Source: a virus. From it: 64,000 nucleotides of DNA. The notes under the pieces are model-generated. The model was not told where the DNA came from. It did no database searches and saw only the letters and a list, made by a program, of their open reading frames with translations. Within the stretch, counting starts at the first letter, position 1, and each line of letters opens with the position of its first letter. The position numbers and the translations under genes were made by a program. The stretch lies in the IMG/VR virus record IMGVR_UViG_3300025168_000034, positions 32,001 through 96,000 of that record. One strand, given 5' to 3'. This document shows, piece by piece, positions 44,870 to 54,361 of this stretch.

Positions 44870-46879
44870 TTACTGAGCTATACCGGGTTTTGGTGAAGTA
44901 CCAAATGGGTTAGTTCTACACACTGTTGATACTTTTGTTACCCAATCATTTACCGATACTTCATGTTCTACTTTGGTCACTTGCCATCTAAATGCATCAC
45001 GTACGCCTTTTGGTATTCTGTTAGCTGAAACCATTTGACCAAATTCAAATCCTCCAATACCATCTACTTCAAAACTAAAATCAAATGGTAGGGGAGTGCC
45101 GGCACACTTTTCTATATCAATGTCACCAACTACACCATCTACCCAAGTCTGCAACGCTCCTACTGTTTGTGCATTTACTTCATCTGACATATCATCAAAC
45201 AAGTCAGACTTGCTTGGTTCATCTGCTGCGTTGGAGCTGTCTTTACAACCTCCACAATCTGTTCCTAATGTACTCGGTTTTGGTTTAGCTTTGTTTACTG
45301 AGTCATTTGCTAAAAAAAGAGCATCGGCTGCAATGGGTTCACATCCACCGTCGCCAAATTTGCTAGTTCTTGTTTTTTGACTATTACCAGCATAAAGCGC
45401 TTGTGTTTTCATAGCACCAGTCATTTTCATGTTTAATGCAAAACTTCTCAAGGATGAGTCACCTATTGTGCTTGGAAGTAGGAATGGTTGTTGAGATTTC
45501 ATGGCTTGTCTTTCATCAAGTATTTGGATTACTGGTCCATCTTTATCATTGCAAGCTTCTTGTGATGCAATTGTTACAAATGTCCATGGACTTCCAGACA
45601 CTCTGTTTATTCCTCTCAACACATTATCTACTAAAGTTTTTAACTTTCCATCTCCTTCATATACAGATTTATATTCTTTCAAAAGGAATATTGTATTGCA
45701 CATAATTTTAGATAAACGTACTTTACTACCTTCAACACAATTTGGTATTCGATCTCCTCCCTCGTGATCAAAATCTAAATCACTTGTTACTGACAAATCT
45801 CCTCCTCCAAGAATACACACACGTGGATCAGCTGATAGTAACCATAAAGGTTTAGGAAGTAGTATGTCGTTACAATCTATTCGACCAAGCGGATACTTTG
45901 AACCTTTACTTGGTATGGACATTGCATTTAGCATATCTATAAACATTCCAAAACTCATCCAACTCTCTGTTGTTTCTTCTCCAAAAAATATACCATCCCA
46001 CCAACTTCCGTCTTTTTCGCCTCCATCTTCCGTTCGCTCAACACCCTCAAACTCATATGTAGAAACATAATGGTATTTCGTTGTCTTTGATTTGCTTCCA
46101 ACTTTTCTCTTAATCCTTCGACCATGCGATTGACCATTCTCATATATATCAGCAAGAGCTGCATATACTGGACCAAAATCTTTTACTGTTTCTCCTTGAT
46201 CTGTTTCTACTTCTCGAGGACATTGACAACTTGAATTGCTAACCTTACTGTCTGTGAATGGATCTGCTGCTGAAATGATCTCGATTTCACAATCCCAAAA
46301 GTTGTCTTTATTTAGGCTGTACTTGAAGTTACCTACAATTCCTTGAAACCCATCGTAGCTAGCGTATTGCTTTCGTCTTTGATTAATAGTGCAGGTGATT
46401 AGTTGAGCATCATCGCTTGGACTAATAAGTCGTGGAGGTGGTGGGTTGCCACCACAATCCTGACTCCATCCCCACTGCACTCTAACATCCATACCTGGAA
46501 TAAAAAAGCATTTTTGAAGTTCGAGTAAATCATCATCAGTATAGCATGCCATGTTAACGGTCGCCTTACGTGTTGTACCTAACGAACCTAAGGCTTTTAC
46601 TGATAATCCAGTTAGTGTTGGGTGTGGTAGTTTTGTAGATTTATTGTATGCTGAGAGTGATGGATTAGATCCAAATAGAGTTAATGCTTTTCCAGCTACA
46701 TCTGGATCGTTACCTAATTCATTGTACTTCTCACTACATCCTCCTCCAGCACAACTCAGTACATGGATCCATGGAAAGCGTTTTGCTGTCCACTTCATTA
46801 ATTTTGTACCGTCAGCCCGGTTTTGAAACTCCGTGTCAACAGAGCCTGGTACTTGTCTTGCTCTAAATGGATCTGCCAT
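44870..46879 (-). CDS. Putative baseplate hub protein
   Basis: Follows the LysM-like gene; beta-rich; C-terminal FEVDGIGGFEFG...WQVTKVEHEV...WVTK hub-like strands. Confidence 0.55.
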   Translation of the reverse strand: MADPFRARQVPGSVDTEFQNRADGTKLMKWTAKRFPWIHVLSCAGGGCSEKYNELGNDPDVAGKALTLFGSNPSLSAYNKSTKLPHPTLTGLSVKALGSLGTTRKATVNMACYTDDDLLELQKCFFIPGMDVRVQWGWSQDCGGNPPPPRLISPSDDAQLITCTINQRRKQYASYDGFQGIVGNFKYSLNKDNFWDCEIEIISAADPFTDSKVSNSSCQCPREVETDQGETVKDFGPVYAALADIYENGQSHGRRIKRKVGSKSKTTKYHYVSTYEFEGVERTEDGGEKDGSWWDGIFFGEETTESWMSFGMFIDMLNAMSIPSKGSKYPLGRIDCNDILLPKPLWLLSADPRVCILGGGDLSVTSDLDFDHEGGDRIPNCVEGSKVRLSKIMCNTIFLLKEYKSVYEGDGKLKTLVDNVLRGINRVSGSPWTFVTIASQEACNDKDGPVIQILDERQAMKSQQPFLLPSTIGDSSLRSFALNMKMTGAMKTQALYAGNSQKTRTSKFGDGGCEPIAADALFLANDSVNKAKPKPSTLGTDCGGCKDSSNAADEPSKSDLFDDMSDEVNAQTVGALQTWVDGVVGDIDIEKCAGTPLPFDFSFEVDGIGGFEFGQMVSANRIPKGVRDAFRWQVTKVEHEVSVNDWVTKVSTVCRTNPFGTSPKPGIAQ

Positions 46880-46882
46880 AAC

Positions 46883-47197
46883 TTATACTTCTTGTTTGTT
46901 TAAATCTTCATAATCTCTCAAAATTGGATCTAACTGACTTGGGATTCGTAGTTGTAATCCAATAGGTAGTTGTTGTGTTTTTTTAGACACTTTCTCATTA
47001 GCTTCTCCTATAATCCAGTAATAGTTTACATCGCCGTAGTATTTTTCAGCTAATGCATACAGAGTATCTCCAACCGTTGTAATGACATACAAATCACTGT
47101 CGTGTCGTGCTATGGGTGGATACACAACCGATCTTACAATTCTTGTATTGTATGAATCTTTTCTTTGCGGTATGTCTTGATATCTCTTATATGCCAT
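46883..47197 (-). CDS. LysM/tail-X-like baseplate protein
   Basis: GDTLYALAEKYYGDVNYYWII..AN...GLQLRIP. Confidence 0.8.
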   Translation of the reverse strand: MAYKRYQDIPQRKDSYNTRIVRSVVYPPIARHDSDLYVITTVGDTLYALAEKYYGDVNYYWIIGEANEKVSKKTQQLPIGLQLRIPSQLDPILRDYEDLNKQEV

Positions 47198-47201
47198 CTG
47201 T

Positions 47202-49319
47202 CTAATATGCTTTACCGAAGTAGTTTCCTTTCGCTCCGTTTAATAACTTGTCATTACTATCTGCCAACACTGCAGCATCAAAACTAACCTTTAACATGTG
47301 AGGCATTTGCTCATCAACATCAAACGTAGATTCAGCTGGATCAAAATCCCACTTCATAGAAGAAAATGCACAATAAGCATCTATAAGATTTCCAATTTTT
47401 AATTTACATAAAGGTCCAGTAATATATCTGGAGCCACCACTAAATCCACCTACTACAGTCATTCCTGCAAGAAGGTTTAGTTTTTTCATATTTATATCAA
47501 TATCACCTTTACTAAACGAAGGTAGTAATACTGCAAATGAGACAGCCCTTGTAACTCCAGTAAATTGTTTTAATGTATCTTGTCTTCCAACATACTTAAC
47601 ATCATTCCAATTAGCAGTAATTCCATCCGAGAATGATGTTAGATAAGATTTTAATTTTAGAAACTTACCATCGTGTGTAAATTTAATGTCTACGAAATCT
47701 TTAAAGTTTCCTCTCTGAGCGCCTGGACTAACTCCTCCTACTGCTTTAAGGTTTGATTTATAAGTTTGTTTTTGGCCAAACTCAATATCACCTTCTATTT
47801 TTTTCTGAAAAGCTTCTCCTGCTAAACTTCCATAAAAAAGTGAATCATAATATCCTAAACTCCCTACATATCCAGTATTGTTGAGAGATGGCAAGTCGCC
47901 AGGATTAGTATTTCTTAATATACCATTACCGGTTGGATTACCATTGTTGTATTGATCTCCACCAACATCTCCAGTCTCTGAGGAAGATTCTAGATTTTTA
48001 TCACCCGGTGTTGAGGTTGGGGGTACTACAATGGTCGATGTTTGTGATTGTTTATCACCCGTATAATACTCTACAAACTCTATAGGTGATGTACCGTGAA
48101 ACTGAATTGGATCATTGACTGCCTTAGTACGATTTTCTAAAAATTGTTGTACGGCTAGTTCTGCAGTTCCGTGCTTTATTAGTGGGTTTTGTATAGCTTG
48201 TAAAGCGTCGGCATCAAATCGTGTTATTTCAATAGTTGCTGATCCATGTTTAATTTTTGGTGTTGCAAATGCAAGTAGTCTATCTGTTTGGTATGATAAA
48301 ATATTAAGCGTAGGTACTGGTACGTTTTCTAAGGTTATTGTTTTAAACTCATCTCTCTGTAATACACTACCCTGAATCAAACCGTTTTCTTCAAACATTC
48401 CTTGTAGTATAGCTATGTTAAGGTCATTTGAAGGTTGATTCTCTTCTGCCGTGATTCCTTGTTCGTTGACTGGACTCCATATAGGTAGCTCAATTGAACC
48501 TTGATTTACAACTACAATAGGTGTTGTTGTTTGTGTAAAGGAGAGGTATTGATTGTTTGTTAAGAAAGTTCCTTGCAACTGTAACATGCTAGTATCCTCA
48601 ATTCGATCTACTAGATTAGTTAGAGATTCAAATGAACCATTATTAAAAATTGTTCCTTGACTAAGAAGTGTACTTCCTTCGCCAATCATTGTTGTTAGTG
48701 ATGTATTAGGATCTTGTATTGCTAAAATAGCACCGGTACCAATTGGCTCTTGAGTTGTTGTTGTGTTTTGAGTAGCACCAATTGCTGCTGTTAATAATGG
48801 TGAAATTTGTAAGTATCCAGTATATAAATCTGATAAAAAATATTGAGCTAGATGTGTTGTTTTTGCTCCATTAGGTTGTGCTAATCTATCTGCAAGACTG
48901 ATGTTTGAAGCAAATTGTGTTCTTGATCTTGGCACATCAAAAGACTCTAATGACCTATATTTTATTGGTAACGGTATTGGTAGGTTTGCTTGCGGTGAGT
49001 CTAACAGTGTTTTTAATATTAGACTTTCTTTTTGTGGTAGCGGTGGTAATTTTTTTAATGAAGCTCCTTCCTTAGATGTATTTAGTTGTGACTTAGGTAA
49101 AACTATTTCATCACTATTCTTGTTTTGAGACGTTGGAATAGTATTAATTTCTGGAGATCCTTGTGGTTTGTTTTCTTTTGGAATAGTATTGACTTCAGGA
49201 GATCCTTGTGGATCTTTTTGTTTTGCAGTACTTTTAAAATCCTTATCATAGATAGACCCCTTCAACTTATCTACTAAGCTGATTGTTTTAAAAGGCTGAA
49301 TTGTTTTTCTTTCTTCCAT
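47202..49319 (-). CDS. Putative tail tube initiator / baseplate-tube junction protein with a long N-terminal extension
   Basis: Follows the tape measure gene; C-terminal SFSD...W.....GR......GVTRAVSF...PLCKLKIG tube-like domain. Confidence 0.5.
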   Translation of the reverse strand: MEERKTIQPFKTISLVDKLKGSIYDKDFKSTAKQKDPQGSPEVNTIPKENKPQGSPEINTIPTSQNKNSDEIVLPKSQLNTSKEGASLKKLPPLPQKESLILKTLLDSPQANLPIPLPIKYRSLESFDVPRSRTQFASNISLADRLAQPNGAKTTHLAQYFLSDLYTGYLQISPLLTAAIGATQNTTTTQEPIGTGAILAIQDPNTSLTTMIGEGSTLLSQGTIFNNGSFESLTNLVDRIEDTSMLQLQGTFLTNNQYLSFTQTTTPIVVVNQGSIELPIWSPVNEQGITAEENQPSNDLNIAILQGMFEENGLIQGSVLQRDEFKTITLENVPVPTLNILSYQTDRLLAFATPKIKHGSATIEITRFDADALQAIQNPLIKHGTAELAVQQFLENRTKAVNDPIQFHGTSPIEFVEYYTGDKQSQTSTIVVPPTSTPGDKNLESSSETGDVGGDQYNNGNPTGNGILRNTNPGDLPSLNNTGYVGSLGYYDSLFYGSLAGEAFQKKIEGDIEFGQKQTYKSNLKAVGGVSPGAQRGNFKDFVDIKFTHDGKFLKLKSYLTSFSDGITANWNDVKYVGRQDTLKQFTGVTRAVSFAVLLPSFSKGDIDINMKKLNLLAGMTVVGGFSGGSRYITGPLCKLKIGNLIDAYCAFSSMKWDFDPAESTFDVDEQMPHMLKVSFDAAVLADSNDKLLNGAKGNYFGKAY
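49135..49211. repeat. Intragenic duplication (PQGSPE(V/I)NTIP twice, 45-nt period)
   Basis: 49135-49166 versus 49180-49211. Confidence 0.8.
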
Positions 49320-49320
49320 A

Positions 49321-52230
49321 CTACGCTATTCCTGATGTCGATACTGCTAACCCTATAACATCTCCCACCTTTTGACCATCCATATTTATTACACCTGGAG
49401 TTTGGAATGCTGCTTTTAAGCTTCTTATCTCTTCAATTAATGTATCCATCTTACTGTCTTCAGCTGAAGAATCCACACTCGATCCTCCACCCAAGTCAAA
49501 GTTGATTGAGTTTCCTAATGCTATCAATATTGGAGCAACTAATGACAATGCTATGAGACCCATAATCGTTGGTAATGTAAATACTCCTGCTACTGCAAAT
49601 GCTGCCAGTCCAGCAGCCATTCCGAATAAGGCTGTACCCATCATTAACATGGCTGGAAGTAAAGCTACAATAGATGTAATAGACGTTGCTACTCCTACGA
49701 ATGCTTGATCGATGGTTGGCATTATTCCAGCTATCAACTCTAATCCTACAGCTGCTAACATTACTCCTACTCCTAAAGCCATCATTCCTAAGCCCAATGC
49801 AACTAAGGCAGGTGCTCCAAATATTGCTGCTATTGCTAATATACCTAATGAAGCTGCAAACGCCAACATTCCAATTGCTGCTAATCCAAACGCTGGACCT
49901 AGTAGCATCAATCCTAATATAGCTTCTGGGGTTATGGCTGATAGCATAGTTACAAATCCATCAGCTATTGCTTGTATAATTGGTGGGACTGCTCCTAATA
50001 CTCCTATGATAATGTTTCCAAACGCCTCTACTAATGGTGTTAATAGTGATAGTGCAAATGTGAGTGGAATCAAAGCTACACCAAAAAGTGCGAGGACTGC
50101 TATTCCTTGTATCGCTCCTGCAGCTGATGCTCCCACTGCAGCTAATCCTTTTCCTAAACCACTTAAACCAATTCGTATTGCTGGTCCTGTCAATGCTATA
50201 AACGACAAGAATGGAATTGCTGCAATTGCTAATATGAAAGCAGGTCCTGCTAATGCAACTGCACCAATACCTTTAAATACTTTACTATTACCCATAGCTT
50301 TTAAACCTGCAGCTAATGATTTTAATCCTCCTCCACTTTTACTAGAACCCTCTGCTGCTTTAGGTCCCAGATCTTTTGTTTTATCTAATCCTGGCACATC
50401 TGACTTAGGTTCACCACCTTTAAGGGCACCTTTCAAACCTCCAGTTAATGCTTTTTTGGCACTAGCAAGCATCTCTTTTCGCTTGCTCTTATCAAACAAA
50501 AACTCTTTTGCTTTTTGTGCCATTCGTAGTAGGTGACCTTTGAGGTCCATTGCCATCTTACTTTTTCCAGTCATAAGATCCCACGCTGCCTTTGCTTTTG
50601 CTACAACAAAATCTTTAGCGGCTATTGCGCCTGATTTTATTTGAAGTAAGATTTTTTTAGCTATTGCTTTAACTTGTTTCAAGCTTTCGATACCAAACAT
50701 TTTCATGCTATCCTTAACACCTTCCATTGTACCTGATAATGTGCTAAATCCTTCTACTAGAGAAAATGCAGTTATACCAGTCTCTTTTAGCTTGTCAAAT
50801 AAGCCTCCTGCACCTGCTGCTAACTCATCCATAGTAACATCACCGGCTGCTAATGCTGCTTGTTGATCTTCTGTCAAGTCATTTAACTTGTCTTGGTTTT
50901 TAACCATCTTTTGCATCTCACCAACCGACACGCCATAAGAATCTGCTAACGCTTGTCTTTGAATAGCATTCATCTTATTGAATTCTACTTCTCCTCCTAC
51001 TTGATCCAACATTGCTTTCGTTGCTCCGGCTAAGTCACCCTCCAAAGCTAACTGTCTTGCTTTATCGAGATTAATTTCTCTACCCAACAACACACTTGCT
51101 TCCATTTGTTTTTCAATGGAGTTTTCAAAGTCAAGTAGATTTTCAGTCATCTGGACTAATGGCCCCATCTCCATTCCAATTTTCTTAGCAGCAACAGCCA
51201 TACTAGCCATATTCTTACCACCATCCTTACCATATTTAGCAATTGCTTCTTGGTTTTTGGACATGTCTTTTAACACCTCTCCTGGAGCTACGTGTGCAGC
51301 TTTTGCCATGTTAGCTGCAAATCGTGCTGTCTCATTAGCAGTCTCCATTGTAGCACCTGGCATCATACTTAGCTGAGCTGTTAGCTTTCCAGCCTCTTCG
51401 TTGCTAATACCAAATGATCTTGCTAACGATGCTGCTTCAAGTCTTGCATCTCGAGTGTGTCCTTCAAGAGTACCCATCTCTGCACGCATACCAGCCATCA
51501 CTTCCATTGAGTCTTTGGCACTTGTTCCAGTTAATGAGAACGAATCACTAATTGCTAATCCAGTTTCATGGAATGCTTGTGATACAGCCATTCCTTCATG
51601 ACGAGCATGATCGAATAGAGCTGTCATATTCTTCATGCCTTTTTGGACTTGGTTTAAGAATATACCAGCTGCTACTCTTCCGTCTGTAAATATGTCTTTG
51701 AATACTCCTTGGTATCCAGTAATCTCTTTAAGCTTATCTCTTAATGCTTCTGCATGCTTTTCGTTTTCTGCCGCTAACTCTTCAGCTGCTTCTTGTTTAG
51801 CAGCTTGAGCTTCCATCTCTCTCGTCTGATCTATCATCGTCATATATTGACCTTTGATAGTATCAAGCTGTTCTTTAGTGGCTCCTAGGGCTTTGGCTTG
51901 AGCTACGACTCTCATCTGTTCTTGTCGCAGAGTCATTACCATAATCGACTGTTGTGAGTTCATTGCCATCGACTGAGTCTTCATCTCTGCAGTTTGGGCT
52001 TTTTTTTCTCGTAAGATATCCTTTCCTAAATCGGCGGTATTTGTAAGTATCTCTTCTAAGGTCGAAGACTCCTTAGCTGTATTTTTAAACTCGTTAGTCA
52101 TAGATTTGGCAAAGTCAGCTCCCTTAGCGAAAACTTTCTCCATTTTTTCACTAACACTAGCAAGCGCTTGTGCAGCCTTTTGCAAATTTGCAGCTGCGTC
52201 TTTACCTATTTCTTTGTCTTCTTTAGCCAC
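49321..52230 (-). CDS. Tail tape measure protein
   Basis: 969 aa, Ala-rich and helical, with a hydrophobic C-terminal half; follows the tail chaperone genes. Confidence 0.88.
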   Translation of the reverse strand: MAKEDKEIGKDAAANLQKAAQALASVSEKMEKVFAKGADFAKSMTNEFKNTAKESSTLEEILTNTADLGKDILREKKAQTAEMKTQSMAMNSQQSIMVMTLRQEQMRVVAQAKALGATKEQLDTIKGQYMTMIDQTREMEAQAAKQEAAEELAAENEKHAEALRDKLKEITGYQGVFKDIFTDGRVAAGIFLNQVQKGMKNMTALFDHARHEGMAVSQAFHETGLAISDSFSLTGTSAKDSMEVMAGMRAEMGTLEGHTRDARLEAASLARSFGISNEEAGKLTAQLSMMPGATMETANETARFAANMAKAAHVAPGEVLKDMSKNQEAIAKYGKDGGKNMASMAVAAKKIGMEMGPLVQMTENLLDFENSIEKQMEASVLLGREINLDKARQLALEGDLAGATKAMLDQVGGEVEFNKMNAIQRQALADSYGVSVGEMQKMVKNQDKLNDLTEDQQAALAAGDVTMDELAAGAGGLFDKLKETGITAFSLVEGFSTLSGTMEGVKDSMKMFGIESLKQVKAIAKKILLQIKSGAIAAKDFVVAKAKAAWDLMTGKSKMAMDLKGHLLRMAQKAKEFLFDKSKRKEMLASAKKALTGGLKGALKGGEPKSDVPGLDKTKDLGPKAAEGSSKSGGGLKSLAAGLKAMGNSKVFKGIGAVALAGPAFILAIAAIPFLSFIALTGPAIRIGLSGLGKGLAAVGASAAGAIQGIAVLALFGVALIPLTFALSLLTPLVEAFGNIIIGVLGAVPPIIQAIADGFVTMLSAITPEAILGLMLLGPAFGLAAIGMLAFAASLGILAIAAIFGAPALVALGLGMMALGVGVMLAAVGLELIAGIMPTIDQAFVGVATSITSIVALLPAMLMMGTALFGMAAGLAAFAVAGVFTLPTIMGLIALSLVAPILIALGNSINFDLGGGSSVDSSAEDSKMDTLIEEIRSLKAAFQTPGVINMDGQKVGDVIGLAVSTSGIA

Positions 52231-52236
52231 AGACTA

Positions 52237-52581
52237 TTATCTTCTTAAACCGTGTTTCTTGAGTATGTTGTTGAGCCTTGAACTGCTTACTTGATTTCGC
52301 AATACTTTAGCAAAACCTTTTGGATCTTTTGCTAACCACCCTTTAGCTGTACGTTGCCAGTTTGCATCTGACATCTTAAACTTCTTAGCAAGACCTTTGA
52401 AGTCTTTGTGTTTGAGTAAGAAATCGTATTGGTAGTCGGCTTTTCTATTAGTAGCCCATTTCATACCACCTGCAATCTTATCAATCACCCATCCAGTTAA
52501 TCCACCTTCATCTAAGTGTTGTGGAGCTTGTTTTATGTATTCTCGAATTTTTTCGCGTAGTTCTTTCTCTCTTGGATCCAT
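52237..52581 (-). CDS. Basic hypothetical late protein with an LRE/LDE leader
   Basis: Late motif at 52595-52602; sits between the chaperone and tape measure genes. Confidence 0.6.
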   Translation of the reverse strand: MDPREKELREKIREYIKQAPQHLDEGGLTGWVIDKIAGGMKWATNRKADYQYDFLLKHKDFKGLAKKFKMSDANWQRTAKGWLAKDPKGFAKVLRNQVSSSRLNNILKKHGLRR

Positions 52582-52614
52582 GTGTTTGCTTTCTTATAAA
52601 TAGTTTGGAATAAT

Positions 52615-52643
52615 AAAAAAAGCCACCCTAACTAGGATGGCTT
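52615..52643 (-). terminator. Rho-independent terminator
   Basis: AAGCCATCCTA-GT-TAGGGTGGCTT-TTTTT. Confidence 0.85.
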
Positions 52644-52647
52644 CCCA

Positions 52648-52864
52648 CTATCTTCGTGATTGGCTTTTGATTTTATCAACCTCAGCTTGCTCTGCCTTAT
52701 TTTCTTTTTCCTTAATCTCAGCCAACTTACGGTAGTAGTAGCTTCGTATATGTACCGGCAATTGGTAGAGTTCTGTCCATGACCAGCCCATTTTTCCGTA
52801 GTACATAAGTTCGAAAAGCTGGTCGTATAGGCGGGCCTTATAGCTAGACCCCAGGCCAAAAAAA
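52648..52864 (-). CDS. Tail assembly chaperone frameshift extension (GT-like part)
   Basis: FFGLGSSYKARLYDQLFELMYYG..GWSWTELYQLPVHIRSYY in the +1 frame, overlapping the end of the upstream gene at GGG TTT TTT TGG. Confidence 0.7.
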
Positions 52865-53728
52865 CCCGACATCAATCGGTAACTGCATGTTAGCCGATTC
52901 GTGACCACAATGCGGACACTCAAAGTATATTGTAGTGTCTATGTCTGGAGTCACTACCTTTAGATGTTTTCTTAATGCTAATGAATCCCTCGACAACATA
53001 TTATCTACAGACTGATTAATATAAGCTCTTTCTTCATTACCATCAATAGCAACGATTACTTGCTTGAGTCTTGTTGTTAAATCTCTATCAATTCCCGATA
53101 CTTTAGATCGTTTTTTGTTTGCCTTTGCTGCTGCTTCAATAGCTTTTTCATCGCCATGTGTAAGCATCTTTAAAGTCAATTCGCTTTTTGAAGCTGGCAA
53201 GCTAAATTTGTGAGTTACTTCTCCTTCTGCAAAGATGTTCCAATCAATTTCTTTTTCTTGAAATTGCTGAAGATCTATAACATGTGTAGACTTTTCACCA
53301 CAATCCGGACAAGTGATTTCAACTTCATAATCTTCTCCATAGGCTAATATTCTAGCTGCAATAAAGATTGCGTTTTTGTCAACCGTAAGCAGGTCGTTGT
53401 AGTTGATCTTTGTTACAATAAGAGATTGTAACAACTTATCTATTACTACTCCTTGCTTAATTAAGTTTTGTGATGCTAGGATATCCTCCTCTTTAGCAGT
53501 CATGTATTTCATCTCAATCTGTCCTGATTTTAATGGATGACCTTCTGGGTAGAATAAACCTCTACTTGGCAATGCAATTGTTTCTGTGGGTACGTTTACT
53601 GTTTCACCTTTTGTGAATTCAGACGGAGCGCCAGTATTAACATGGTTACTCATAACCATCTCTTTTAACTCTTTATCGCTTAATTCAGGTTGATTCTTTG
53701 GATAATCGTCGTTTACAACTTTACTCAT
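52844..53728 (-). CDS. Tail assembly chaperone / baseplate hub assembly protein (T4 gp26-like) with zinc ribbons
   Basis: LPSRGLFYP, MTAKEEDIL, ARILAYG, CPDCG, CPHCG, FFWP; between the tube and tape measure genes. Confidence 0.75.
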   Translation of the reverse strand: MSKVVNDDYPKNQPELSDKELKEMVMSNHVNTGAPSEFTKGETVNVPTETIALPSRGLFYPEGHPLKSGQIEMKYMTAKEEDILASQNLIKQGVVIDKLLQSLIVTKINYNDLLTVDKNAIFIAARILAYGEDYEVEITCPDCGEKSTHVIDLQQFQEKEIDWNIFAEGEVTHKFSLPASKSELTLKMLTHGDEKAIEAAAKANKKRSKVSGIDRDLTTRLKQVIVAIDGNEERAYINQSVDNMLSRDSLALRKHLKVVTPDIDTTIYFECPHCGHESANMQLPIDVGFFWPGV

Positions 53729-53778
53729 TTTATTTTAATTTAGTAACTAATGTCTTTACATATAAATAGGCACAAAAT

Positions 53779-53806
53779 AAAAAAAGCCAACTTTTTATAG
53801 TTGGCC
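53779..53806 (-). terminator. Rho-independent terminator after the tail tube gene
   Basis: GGCCAACT-ATAAAA-AGTTGGCT-TTTTTT. Confidence 0.85.
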
Positions 53807-53836
53807 TCTTTTATGGTGTTGGGTAAGGGTATTATT

Positions 53837-54325
53837 TTAAAATTCTAATACTGCGTAGTCAATTCCTAGTGTAAGTGCAATCTCAACTGGAGTTTCAGTA
53901 GACCAATCCATGTCTCCAAATTGAGCTGTCTTAATATAAGCACCCCAAATTTTCCAATTCTCAATCTTATCACCTACTGGACCTAATACGAATATATCAA
54001 AGTTCTTTTTGTAAAAGTCAGCGTATCCATCTCTACCAGTTACTGATTCGTGTGATGTACGAACCCACTCCATCACTGCTTGTGCTCCTGAAGGAACAAT
54101 TGAATCATACATAGTGATTGTGATGTCACCCCACTTACATTTACCTTTCATCTTTCTGATGATGTTAATGTGATCTAGTACAACCTCCCCACATTCTAAT
54201 TGAGGACGAGAGACTTTTTTACATAAGAAGGATGGAATACCATCGATTTCTAAGATAAATCTATTCTGTACCTTGGGCTCATAATTGGTATAGAATATTT
54301 TGTCGTTTTCTATTAAGTTTGCCAT
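53837..54325 (-). CDS. Tail tube protein (gp19-like)
   Basis: EPKVQNRF, GK..W..ITIT.YD.I.PSGAQAVMEW, GPVGD..E.W...GA; follows the sheath gene; late motif at 54339-54346. Confidence 0.9.
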   Translation of the reverse strand: MANLIENDKIFYTNYEPKVQNRFILEIDGIPSFLCKKVSRPQLECGEVVLDHINIIRKMKGKCKWGDITITMYDSIVPSGAQAVMEWVRTSHESVTGRDGYADFYKKNFDIFVLGPVGDKIENWKIWGAYIKTAQFGDMDWSTETPVEIALTLGIDYAVLEF

Positions 54326-54361
54326 AGTTGTTCTTTATTATAAATAGTCTGTGTACTAATT

